64,000 nt of DNA from a virus (lineage: Duplodnaviria; Caudoviricetes), in the IMG/VR virus record IMGVR_UViG_3300031994_000061, positions 1 through 64,000 of that record. One strand, 5' to 3'. Of the stretch, positions 8,647 to 17,336 are shown in pieces (positions within the stretch are counted from its first letter, which is position 1; every line of letters begins with the position of its first letter). Under the pieces are notes generated by a model, which did no database searches, had not been told where the DNA came from, and worked only from the letters and a program-made list of their open reading frames with translations. Position numbers and translations under genes: made by a program.

Positions 8647-9312
8647 ATGAGTAAATTAGATGGAATAACAAAGAGCAGAAGCAAGTCCGAGAGCTACAAG
8701 GGCTTTGCAATCATTAGAGTGTTGGCAGTTCACCATTGGTGGAATAACTTCAATAAGCGTTACGAAATGAGCAGGCAGTACGAGACTAAGAGAGAGGTCT
8801 ATTACGAGTTCTGCAAGGAGGGTGAGGAAACCAGACCTTCACAGGCTTATGGCGTGACGAAAAAGACAAAGGACGAGCTAAAGGAGTGCATCGACAACAT
8901 GATTTCTGGCAAGGAGATTTATTTCACCGAAGCCGAGCGAGAAAAGTATGTGTACAAACCTAACCACAAATGCAAGTGGGCGTATGGTTACAAGTCACTT
9001 ATGCAGATTCTAAAGGAGCATAAGAAGGCTGACAAACGTATGAAAATCCTGTTGGAAGATAGGCTTGATGATGCAAACTTCCACTACGAGGCAGGGGAAC
9101 TTGCAGATGAACACTATGAGGCACTGGAAGATTACATAGCCAGAACCTATCAATTCCGAGAGAAGTTTGAAGTCTATACATCTACGATGCACAAACGTAT
9201 TGATAACCCAGAAGGTCTTGTAGATGGACTTAAAAAAGTACTGGAGGACTATTTGCGCAAGGTAGGCGTTAAGGACACGTCAGTAAATGTGAAATTTGTT
9301 AAAGAATGGTAA
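8647..9312 (+). CDS. hypothetical early protein
   Basis: ORF track, 221 aa. Confidence 0.8.
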   Translation: MSKLDGITKSRSKSESYKGFAIIRVLAVHHWWNNFNKRYEMSRQYETKREVYYEFCKEGEETRPSQAYGVTKKTKDELKECIDNMISGKEIYFTEAEREKYVYKPNHKCKWAYGYKSLMQILKEHKKADKRMKILLEDRLDDANFHYEAGELADEHYEALEDYIARTYQFREKFEVYTSTMHKRIDNPEGLVDGLKKVLEDYLRKVGVKDTSVNVKFVKEW

Positions 9313-9390
9313 AAGATTGGGGCAAGGTTTGGTTAATTCAGATATTTTCCGTAACTTTGCCCCATCAAACAATTAATAAAACATTTAGAT

Positions 9391-9663
9391 ATGAGTAAGA
9401 CAGCAAGAGTCCTTTATTATGTGGACATGGATGATAGCCACAAGTCAGCATTTCTGGTGGTGGATAGCTCACAGGATTTGCGAGACAGCAAGGTGGTTGA
9501 AAAGATTAGAGACGAGTTAGAGGTATGCGGCTTTGGCAGAAAGGGTGTGTGTGGCTCTGTTGCATGGGAGCTGGCTCACAATGAGGTTGCCGAGCTGGAG
9601 TGTCAGATGGGTAGATACCAGTTTGGCATTGAAGACGTGCCTGTAATGCCCTTGATTGGTTAG
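9391..9663 (+). CDS. hypothetical early protein
   Basis: ORF track, 90 aa, promoter at 9352. Confidence 0.75.
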   Translation: MSKTARVLYYVDMDDSHKSAFLVVDSSQDLRDSKVVEKIRDELEVCGFGRKGVCGSVAWELAHNEVAELECQMGRYQFGIEDVPVMPLIG

Positions 9664-9704
9664 GACTTGAATAAGTACAAGAGAGCTATAAAAAGAACAC
9701 AGGT

Positions 9705-9950
9705 ATGAAGATACGTATATTACACGCCTCCGTTAATCCAGAGAAATACGACGTGAAGAAACTGGCTTCAATGGGCTTTGGAGAGGCACAGGAGTTTTTC
9801 GAGGATGACCCCATAGGTTGCTGTAACTGGGGTGTTGATGATGTTGACCCGACGGTATTCAACTGCAAGCATTATTCTCCAGACGGAGCTACAGGAGGCG
9901 ACGGAAGTGATGCCCTGTTTGTCTGGTTTAAACTTGTTCCTTGGCAGTAA
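9705..9950 (+). CDS. hypothetical early protein
   Basis: ORF track, 81 aa. Confidence 0.7.
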   Translation: MKIRILHASVNPEKYDVKKLASMGFGEAQEFFEDDPIGCCNWGVDDVDPTVFNCKHYSPDGATGGDGSDALFVWFKLVPWQ

Positions 9951-9982
9951 ATATTATATATAAACTATAAAAGCATAACATT

Positions 9983-10264
9983 ATGAACAAGACATTAGCA
10001 AGAATGCGTGGCATAGCTCACGCCCAGAACTCCATCCGAAAGAGTCTTAAGGAACAGGAGGAAAAGAACAAGTCACTTAGAGAACAGATTACGCCCATCT
10101 GGGATGACAAGTCAAAGGATTCTGTAGTAGCTGAGCTATCAGTCTCCCTGTCTCTGGGACGTGCTCGTGTTCGTGCGGCACAGGTAGCCCTGCACGAGCT
10201 AAAGAAGTCATTCCGCAACTACAACAAGCGGTACGACAGAGCACAGCGACATGCAGCTCATTAA
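9983..10264 (+). CDS. basic coiled-coil hypothetical protein
   Basis: ORF track, 93 aa. Confidence 0.7.
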   Translation: MNKTLARMRGIAHAQNSIRKSLKEQEEKNKSLREQITPIWDDKSKDSVVAELSVSLSLGRARVRAAQVALHELKKSFRNYNKRYDRAQRHAAH

Positions 10265-10347
10265 AAAATGTTAAAAAGTTGGGGTAACTCATGGTTATTC
10301 CAACTTTTTTGTGTAACTTTGCAGCGTCAATTTAAATTATATGTATT

Positions 10348-11004
10348 ATGGAAAGAACATTTGAAATTATCCCCAACTACATCGACACCATTATAGTGTA
10401 CGATACGCCTGCTAACCGCAAGGCATTGAGAAAACTGGAGCACCCATTTAACAAACTCCACGAGTTCGACGAAAACGGAGAGTGTGAAATTGAAATGGAG
10501 TTCTACGATGGACTGGCTATAGCTACAGATGGTAGCGGTCTGTTTATGACTTACTCTAAGATGGAGTGTATCAAGGAATGCACGAGGAAACAGAATGCCA
10601 TCTGTGACTACACTGGCATTGATGACGGGATTAACCAGTATGACGTTTGTCTCAAATATGGTAAACTGGATTGCGACCCAAAGAATAATGCGTATGTAAA
10701 ATCAACTGGAGACAACGCCTTCAAACTGGCTGAAACCTTTATCCTGCTTGCTGCCGATATATACAAACAGATATACAATATGTCGGGAGTCTATGGCTAC
10801 GACACCGCTGTAGAACTTGTACGCAGCGCAGCACTACGCTTCGAGGCTGAACTGGACTGGCAAGGTGCTTCGGAAGAGCGTGACTACATACTGGAAATGG
10901 AAAAGTTCGAAGAAAAAGAACTGGAGAGTCTTCGTGCTATCTACGATACGGATAGTGATAAGAACTTGCAACGTCATAGTATCAGCAAGACAAGACCACA
11001 TTAA
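10348..11004 (+). CDS. hypothetical early protein
   Basis: ORF track, 218 aa, promoter at 10314; last ~15 codons lie in a direct repeat. Confidence 0.8.
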   Translation: MERTFEIIPNYIDTIIVYDTPANRKALRKLEHPFNKLHEFDENGECEIEMEFYDGLAIATDGSGLFMTYSKMECIKECTRKQNAICDYTGIDDGINQYDVCLKYGKLDCDPKNNAYVKSTGDNAFKLAETFILLAADIYKQIYNMSGVYGYDTAVELVRSAALRFEAELDWQGASEERDYILEMEKFEEKELESLRAIYDTDSDKNLQRHSISKTRPH

Positions 11005-11090
11005 TTGTTAATAAACTATAAAAGATTGGAGTAATACGTGGTTATTCCAATCTTTTTCCGTAACTTTGCCCCATCAAACAATTAAATAAC
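10958..11090 (+). repeat. ~130-bp direct repeat, copy 1
   Basis: ATAAGAACTTGCAACG...TAACTTTGC...AATTAAATAAC, near-identical to 12418-12551. Confidence 0.92.
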
Positions 11091-11097
11091 GAATTAT

Positions 11098-11349
11098 ATG
11101 GAAAAGATTGCAAAATTACGCAAGCAGGTTAAGACCTATGCAACGAAGTACCACAACATGACCGCAATGACAGGTTATGGCAAGAAGATTGAAATGCTCT
11201 ATGATGGCGAGGTGATTGGCACTTACGAGTTATGGAGTATGTACGAGCCAGATTGCAAGACCCCAGAGGAATGGCTTAATAGCAACATCTGTTTCGAGAT
11301 TAGTTTGAAACATCGTGATATTGAAAAGGTTACTCTACGGATGATATAA
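11098..11349 (+). CDS. hypothetical early protein
   Basis: ORF track, 83 aa. Confidence 0.75.
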   Translation: MEKIAKLRKQVKTYATKYHNMTAMTGYGKKIEMLYDGEVIGTYELWSMYEPDCKTPEEWLNSNICFEISLKHRDIEKVTLRMI

Positions 11350-11428
11350 GACGATTTCTTTTCTTTGCTCATATCTTATAAGTTGATGCAGGGTGTTGAC
11401 AATTCGGTCAGCACCCTTAATTTTTTTT
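11350..11428 (+). terminator. anti-start-codon tract plus terminator hairpin
   Basis: CTTTTCTTTGCTCATATCTTATAAGTTG then AGGGTGTTGAC-AATTCG-GTCAGCACCCT and T tract. Confidence 0.7.
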
Positions 11429-11494
11429 AACACTAATTATTTGGCTATTTCATGGTTTTTGTGTAACTTTGCAGCGTCTAAACAATTATTAGTT

Positions 11495-11743
11495 ATGGAG
11501 AAACAAGTCATTAAAAAAGGTACGAAGGTTGAATATCGCTTACCCAACGATAAAGAAACCAATGTAGCAGTGGTTGTAGCCATTGAGGAATGCGAGTGTG
11601 GCGAAAAGTATGGTGAACCCATCGACGAAGTAAACTTCGATGATAGGGCTGGAGATTTCGGGCATGGTGTTGAATACACTTTCAGCCTTGATAATCATAA
11701 GTGGTGTTACGGCTATCAGATTGTAAACATTATTAACAACTAA
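11495..11743 (+). CDS. hypothetical early protein
   Basis: ORF track 11393-11743; start moved to MEKQV downstream of promoter 11464. Confidence 0.75.
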   Translation: MEKQVIKKGTKVEYRLPNDKETNVAVVVAIEECECGEKYGEPIDEVNFDDRAGDFGHGVEYTFSLDNHKWCYGYQIVNIINN

Positions 11744-11796
11744 ACAAATAAATGTACTTAAATCAGTACAAGTAGGTTATTTAATACGCAATCATT

Positions 11797-12297
11797 ATGG
11801 GAGTATCAGAGATTTACCAAGAGATTATGACCAAGTACCCAAACTTGGTTGAAAAACTTCTTGACAAGAGCAGTCTGGAGAGTGATAGTGAACGCCAGAC
11901 CATTTACGGAGATTTGATGGATTGGTTACGTGATTACTACACGATTATACCATTAGCTGACAGGGAACAGGTTGCAAGGTTGTTGCTGGGCAGCTATGTT
12001 ATAAGTCATCCATATTGCCTTCAGAAAACGTACATCGTCTTACAAGAGAGTAACGTGGACGGAGAGATTATTATCAACGCTGTACCATGCGCTACTCTGG
12101 AGGCTGCAAGAAAGGTATTACAGAACGAAAAGAACACTATCCTGCAAGATTCCCCTCACTACGACCACTACACTCCAGAAGAGTTGGAAGAAGAGTTCGA
12201 GATTGAAGAGGACGATGACCGCTGGTATATCAACGACCCCAGCGATGACTACTATGAGGACATTAAGATTATCGAGAAGGTGATTGTCGTGCGCTAA
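11797..12297 (+). CDS. hypothetical acidic early protein
   Basis: ORF track, 166 aa. Confidence 0.8.
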   Translation: MGVSEIYQEIMTKYPNLVEKLLDKSSLESDSERQTIYGDLMDWLRDYYTIIPLADREQVARLLLGSYVISHPYCLQKTYIVLQESNVDGEIIINAVPCATLEAARKVLQNEKNTILQDSPHYDHYTPEELEEEFEIEEDDDRWYINDPSDDYYEDIKIIEKVIVVR

Positions 12298-12314
12298 TAA
12301 TATATACACTATAT

Positions 12315-12464
12315 ATGAACGATAACAGGTTTTACGACAGGCTTACAGGGAGAAGGATTGCACCCTACCCCAGCATGATGCCACGCAGGAGCATGAGAGA
12401 GGTAAAGGCTGACTTTAATAAGAACTTGCAACGCCATAGTATCAGCAAGATAAGACCTCACTGA
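12315..12464 (+). CDS. small hypothetical protein (49 aa) sharing its C-terminus with 10348-11004
   Basis: manual translation MNDNRFYDR...KNLQRHSISKIRPH. Confidence 0.55.
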   Translation: MNDNRFYDRLTGRRIAPYPSMMPRRSMREVKADFNKNLQRHSISKIRPH

Positions 12465-12551
12465 TTGTTAATAAACTATAAAAGATTGGAGTAATACGTG
12501 GTTATTCCAATCTTTTTTTGTAACTTTGCAGCATCAAACCAATTAAATAAC
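12418..12551 (+). repeat. ~130-bp direct repeat, copy 2
   Basis: near-identical to 10958-11090 (offset 1460 bp). Confidence 0.92.
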
Positions 12552-12557
12552 AACATT

Positions 12558-13247
12558 ATGGAAAAGTTTATCGACATTAACAAAATGGTTTTCAGCAACA
12601 CACCTGCCGAGAACATCTTACACTACATCAAGACTGCATCACCGCAGGAGATTCGTAAAACCACACCTGCAACTATCCTTCGCATCATTAGTGAGTGCAA
12701 GAATGATGATGGTGATTTTTGGATTGATTCTGACCGCAGGGCAGGAAACAATTGGGATAGCACCATCGAGCACTTGTATATCTATGGTAATAGACCAATG
12801 CTGATGTTCTATGTGCAGGGTGACAAAACTGATACATCTACAAGTGTCAGCTATACTGAATTTAATTCCTGCAATGGGTATCGTGGTTCTTGCAGGTTGG
12901 GTAGCTTTAGATATGATGCTGACGAGGTGGCAGACGTTATTCGCTGCATCCTTGCAGAGTATGTGTATTACACCTACATTGAGAAAGCAGATAGGGAGCA
13001 GGCACAACGTATAGCAAAGTTACTGAACTACAAGGTAGTAAACCCAGTGTGTGACTATTTCTATAAGGAGTTAAGGCTTAGTAACCTGCCTTTCTCTTAT
13101 GCCACTACGACACCGAGATACAAACAATACTGCAATGGCAAGGAAGCTATTGAAAACTATGCTAAGGAGCACGTCAATGACTTGGAAGGCAAGACCGAAG
13201 AGGAACTTATTACCATATACAAGAAGGTGTTTAGGGAAGGAATGTGA
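12558..13247 (+). CDS. hypothetical early protein
   Basis: ORF track 12498-13247; start moved to MEKFID after promoter 12521. Confidence 0.8.
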   Translation: MEKFIDINKMVFSNTPAENILHYIKTASPQEIRKTTPATILRIISECKNDDGDFWIDSDRRAGNNWDSTIEHLYIYGNRPMLMFYVQGDKTDTSTSVSYTEFNSCNGYRGSCRLGSFRYDADEVADVIRCILAEYVYYTYIEKADREQAQRIAKLLNYKVVNPVCDYFYKELRLSNLPFSYATTTPRYKQYCNGKEAIENYAKEHVNDLEGKTEEELITIYKKVFREGM

Positions 13248-13302
13248 TTTTCGTTTTTCATATTTGGTGGCTGGCTCTATGCGAATAGGGTCAGTCATTT
13301 TT
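13248..13302 (+). terminator. anti-start-codon tract plus GCGA-loop terminator
   Basis: TTTTCGTTTTTCATATTTGG then TGGCTGGCTCTAT-GCGA-ATAGGGTCAGTCA and T tract. Confidence 0.7.
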
Positions 13303-13379
13303 ATTAAATAATATTAAATAATTTGGATATATGCTGGATAATGTGTAACTTTGCACTATCAATTTAACAAACATGAGTT

Positions 13380-13685
13380 ATGGATAAGAGCAAGGTTAGA
13401 TACATCGTAGTGGTGTTCATTGATGGTGTTGGATGCACCCTGCAAGAAGGTAACGTCTTAGCATGGTTCTTTAGACGTTATCCGAAGTGCTACCAATACT
13501 TCGAGAGCGCAAGAAAGAAAGCGAATAGGTTACTCTACCAATACGTGTGCGAAAAGGTATGCGTGTTCAAGGTGGAACTTGAAGAAAGATTATCCTGCGA
13601 CCAATACGACAAGTGGTGCGAGGACGAGAACAGAAATATGTGGGATTCATCTAAATTGTTTAACAATATTGATATAAGGTCATGA
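13380..13685 (+). CDS. hypothetical early protein
   Basis: ORF track, 101 aa, promoter at 13346. Confidence 0.75.
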   Translation: MDKSKVRYIVVVFIDGVGCTLQEGNVLAWFFRRYPKCYQYFESARKKANRLLYQYVCEKVCVFKVELEERLSCDQYDKWCEDENRNMWDSSKLFNNIDIRS

Positions 13686-13797
13686 AGAAGTATAAGTATA
13701 TTAACGGAATCAAGCACAAGGCAATAGGCTACGCCTACGATGGTAAACCGATTGGCTGGATTGCTTGTGGTAAGAACGATTAAAAACATATAAGGTT

Positions 13798-14148
13798 ATG
13801 AGAGCAAGGCAATCATTTACAACAGAGGGCAAGCGAATTTCTTTCAGTGTTGATAACAACTATTACGTTATCGGAGAGGACAAGAAAAAGGTCTTTAGTG
13901 GCTCTTTTAATGCTTGCAAGTATGCAGTAGCCTACACAGAGGTTAAAGTGGATTGTGGGGAAAAATATGAGAATAGATTTGGTGTCCCTGCATCCATCCG
14001 CTATAACAATGGCTTGGTAGGTTATCAGAACATTACCTATTTCAACGATAGGACAGAAGCAATGGAGGACTTTAAGGGCAGACAGAAGTTAACCCCGAAG
14101 TTTATGGGAGGTAATTACACGGATGTATTTTTTATTGAAAATAATTAA
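13798..14148 (+). CDS. hypothetical early protein
   Basis: ORF track, 116 aa. Confidence 0.75.
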   Translation: MRARQSFTTEGKRISFSVDNNYYVIGEDKKKVFSGSFNACKYAVAYTEVKVDCGEKYENRFGVPASIRYNNGLVGYQNITYFNDRTEAMEDFKGRQKLTPKFMGGNYTDVFFIENN

Positions 14149-14152
14149 AATT

Positions 14153-14368
14153 ATGGCAAACGTTATTAGAGTAGGATTAGGGCAAACAAAAAGCGGTAAG
14201 ATTCTGGATAGAGAAACGCAGTGGTTTAATGCTGATTCCCAGAAGTCATTACTTATGGCTCTGGAGAGATTCCACGAAACCCATAAGCCATTGTTTATCT
14301 CCAGAGGTAACAAGGCTTACGAAGAGTTAAGTTTACAAGAGTTATTAGACATGATAGCAGAGAGTTAA
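14153..14368 (+). CDS. hypothetical early protein
   Basis: ORF track 14123-14368; start moved to MANVIR. Confidence 0.7.
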   Translation: MANVIRVGLGQTKSGKILDRETQWFNADSQKSLLMALERFHETHKPLFISRGNKAYEELSLQELLDMIAES

Positions 14369-14372
14369 GACT

Positions 14373-14600
14373 ATGGCAAGAAAGATTGTAAAGAAGACCA
14401 ACATATATTCGGTAGATTGGTGGCGAGGTGATTGGAATTATCGCACGACTACTGGCTGCGATTGGGAAGCGGTAAAAGAATGCAAGAGGGCAGCCAAACT
14501 AATGGGTGAGAAAGTTACCTACGAAAAGACTGATGTAAAGGAAGATGTTTACTACATCGACACTCATCGTGGTGGTTCACCGAGATTTATGGCACGTTAA
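14373..14600 (+). CDS. hypothetical early protein
   Basis: ORF track, 75 aa. Confidence 0.7.
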   Translation: MARKIVKKTNIYSVDWWRGDWNYRTTTGCDWEAVKECKRAAKLMGEKVTYEKTDVKEDVYYIDTHRGGSPRFMAR

Positions 14601-14710
14601 GTTACTTTCTACAACTCCAAATGTGAGAAGAAATACGATAAGGTGTACCCTGCATAATATATAATAAATGTTAAGGGATTTGGTTATTACATGGAAAATG
14701 TGTAACTTTG

Positions 14711-14968
14711 CACCGACTTAAAAAAGTACATAAAGGTACATAGGCATAACACATTATATTTTGTTTTGGATTAGTTAATCAATAACTTATCAGTCTGCGA
14801 AGATAGATAAGTTTTTATAAAGGACTTAAAAAAGTACATTACAACATATATAGGAAGATACAACTCGATTTGCTCATAATAATATTCAAAAGGTTTTTAG
14901 TTATTCATGTTTTTCATGGTTTTAGGTTTTATCCTGCTGGTCTGAGAAGATAAGCAGGATTTTTCTTT
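14711..14968 (+). ncRNA. candidate tandem small RNAs from a dedicated promoter
   Basis: promoter at 14703 with no ORF downstream; two units each starting GACTTAAAAAAGTACAT (14715, 14823) and ending in a hairpin plus T tract. Confidence 0.55.
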
Positions 14969-14997
14969 ATGTGTGTACGTGTCTCAATTGTCTCACG

Positions 14998-15013
14998 TGT
15001 TTCACGTGAAACA
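14998..15013. promoter_or_regulatory. parS: parS site (perfect palindrome TGTTTCACGTGAAACA)
   Basis: second exact copy; overlapped upstream by degenerate TGTCTCACGTG. Confidence 0.8.
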
Positions 15014-15039
15014 TAATACGTAATGTGTATGCGGGTGGT

Positions 15040-15400
15040 GCACCCTCCAGGAGCAGCCCAGGCGTGCCTCCCTACACAACACGAGCACGAAGGCAGGTAA
15101 GTGTGCTGGCAACACGAGCACACGAGAGTCAGCACAAGGTATCGTGACGTGCTGGATAATGTGTCGCCAGCATAACCTCAGCTACGCACCCACACGCTAT
15201 AATATATATTAATCTATATATAGGCGAACCAGTGTACCAGCTGGGTAGTACACCAGCACACCCAGCCTGCATCCTGCCAGCCTGCGGTTTGTAAAAACTT
15301 TTCATGCCCTATATAGTATATGCTGGCAGTTGTAAAGAAATCGGAAAACCCAGCCAGCATCCATCCAGCAAGCCAAATGTAAACGATTTGAAACAAATCT
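15040..15400 (+). repeat. CCAGC/CCTGC-rich intergenic tract
   Basis: dense CC(A/T)GC pentamers, mostly on the + strand; similar tracts at 16993-17290 and 18060-18665. Confidence 0.7.
15306..15322. promoter_or_regulatory. repeated motif CCTATATAGTATAT (copy 1 of 4)
   Basis: other copies at 17175-17190, and inverted at 18546-18562 and 19673-19688. Confidence 0.65.
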
Positions 15401-15483
15401 TAATTTTTCATAAATTCTTTGGCTGGTTGCCAAAAAATGCCTAACTTTGCAGCCGAAATCGTTTAATATTAATTTAATTTATT

Positions 15484-16992
15484 ATGAGCAAAATGAATTT
15501 TTCAAAGTTTCAGATGGCTATCTTCAATGAAGTAGCAAACGGACAAGGCAATTTAGCTATTAATGCGGTTGCTGGTAGCGGTAAGACCACTACGATTGTG
15601 GAATGCTGCAAGTTGTTACGTCTTAACAAGTTTGACGTAAAGTTTTTGGCTTTTAATAAAGCTATCGTACAAGAACTTGAAATGAAAATCGGTAACTATG
15701 CCGACGTTTCCACCCTGCATTCTTTTGGCTTTGCAGTGCTCCGCAAGGTTAACTCTAAGGTTAAGATTAATAATCGTAAATATATTAATTTTATACGTGA
15801 AAAGGTTGATAGGAATGACAAGAACTTTGTCGCCATCGTGAATAACACTAACAAGCTATTTAACCTTTGCAGGGTTAATTTGGTTCAGTCTGGTGACATG
15901 AGTTCAATTAATGCTATATGCGACGAACATCAGATAGTAACTATGGGTAACGAAATGACCATCGTTAATGCCCTGCTGAAAGATTGCTATCAGCTGGATA
16001 ATGTGCCAGCACCCGAAATTGATTTTACCGATATGCTGGTTTTACCCTTGACCTATAAGTGTTATATCCCTTCCTACAAGTTCGTGTTTATTGACGAATG
16101 CCAAGACCTTAACTGCGCCCAGCGTGAACTGATGCTATATGCTGCAAGAAGAGGACGTTTTGTTGCCGTTGGCGACCGCAACCAAGCTATTAACGGCTTT
16201 GCTGGTGCTGACTGCAATAGTTTCGATAAGATTGCAACCCTGCCTAATACCAAAGAATTGCCACTTAGCGTTAACTATCGTTGTGGTCGTGCTATGATTG
16301 AACTTGCCCAGCAAATCGTTCCTGCAATACAAGCACATAATGGTGCTATCGAAGGTGACGTTAATCGTGTGACTGAAATCACTTTAGGACTATTCCAGCC
16401 TAATGATATGGTGCTTTGCCGCACCACTGCTCCGTTGGTCTCTATGTGTTTCAAACTGATACAAGCTGGTGTAACCGCTATCGTTAAAGGTCGTGATATT
16501 GCAGAAGGTTTGATTAACCTTATCGACAAGTCGGAGGCTAAGACTATGAAGGGTTTCGAAAGTTACGTAGAGATTGAGAAACAAAAGCTGGTTAAGGACA
16601 TCTGCAAGAAGGAAAATTGCACTGCCGAAGAAGCGGAGGAAACAGGTCGCTATATAGCCTATATGGATAGAGTTAATTGTATCTTCGCCATCGGTGAAAA
16701 TGTTTCCAAGTTGGAAAGTGTTAAAGACTATATTAATAAGATTTTCAGTGACGAAAATATCGTGAATGCCGTTACGCTTTCAACCGCCCACAAGTCTAAG
16801 GGTTTGGAAAGTAATCGTGTCGTTATCCTGCTGCCTAACAAGTTGCCGTTGACATGGAAAAATCAGCTTGATTGGCAATACCAACAAGAGCGCAACCTGC
16901 AATATGTAGCCTATACAAGAGCCAAGAAAGAACTGGTTTTTGTTGACGTTGAACAAAAAGACCTATTCAAACTTAAATTCGACAACAAGTAA
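15484..16992 (+). CDS. UvrD/Rep-like superfamily 1 helicase
   Basis: AVAGSGKTT Walker A, DECQD Walker B, GDRNQAI, STAHKSKGLE, YVAYTRAK. Confidence 0.92.
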   Translation: MSKMNFSKFQMAIFNEVANGQGNLAINAVAGSGKTTTIVECCKLLRLNKFDVKFLAFNKAIVQELEMKIGNYADVSTLHSFGFAVLRKVNSKVKINNRKYINFIREKVDRNDKNFVAIVNNTNKLFNLCRVNLVQSGDMSSINAICDEHQIVTMGNEMTIVNALLKDCYQLDNVPAPEIDFTDMLVLPLTYKCYIPSYKFVFIDECQDLNCAQRELMLYAARRGRFVAVGDRNQAINGFAGADCNSFDKIATLPNTKELPLSVNYRCGRAMIELAQQIVPAIQAHNGAIEGDVNRVTEITLGLFQPNDMVLCRTTAPLVSMCFKLIQAGVTAIVKGRDIAEGLINLIDKSEAKTMKGFESYVEIEKQKLVKDICKKENCTAEEAEETGRYIAYMDRVNCIFAIGENVSKLESVKDYINKIFSDENIVNAVTLSTAHKSKGLESNRVVILLPNKLPLTWKNQLDWQYQQERNLQYVAYTRAKKELVFVDVEQKDLFKLKFDNK

Positions 16993-17007
16993 CACCCAGC
17001 ATCCCAG

Positions 17008-17042
17008 CACGAAAGACCTACCCTAATAAGGTGGGTCTTTTT
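17008..17042 (+). terminator. intrinsic terminator (CACGAAAGACCTA family)
   Basis: AAAGACCTACC-CTAATAA-GGTGGGTCTTT plus T tract. Confidence 0.85.
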
Positions 17043-17336
17043 ACGTTTAAGCCTATTTCCTGCCCTTCTAAGGACGTTTTACCCAGCATACCCTATAACT
17101 ATACCCCCAGCACTAAAACAAGCCAGCACAAGCCACTTTTAACCTGCACATGATTTTTTATTTACAATCTATCTGCCTATATAGTATATCCCAGCCGTAG
17201 CTTTCCGATTTTTTTACAAACACACTTTTTTCATAAAAAACGTTAAAATCTTTGGTAGTATGAAATATTATTATTACCTTTGCCAGCGAAAACCGATGCA
17301 CTCCGCAAAGGTAGTAACTTTTAATACAACATTATT

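Noticed and set aside
11393-12557. ORF-track upstream starts at 1320, 11393, 12498, 39783, 51289, 54559, 63412
   Set aside because: These extensions translate promoter or terminator DNA (e.g. CNFAA from TGTAACTTTGCAGC); downstream ATGs with AT-rich leaders were used instead.
14929-15396. Minus-strand ORFs 14929-15135 and 15214-15396
   Set aside because: They arise from the CCWGC-rich repeats and the parS region; no start context or promoter.
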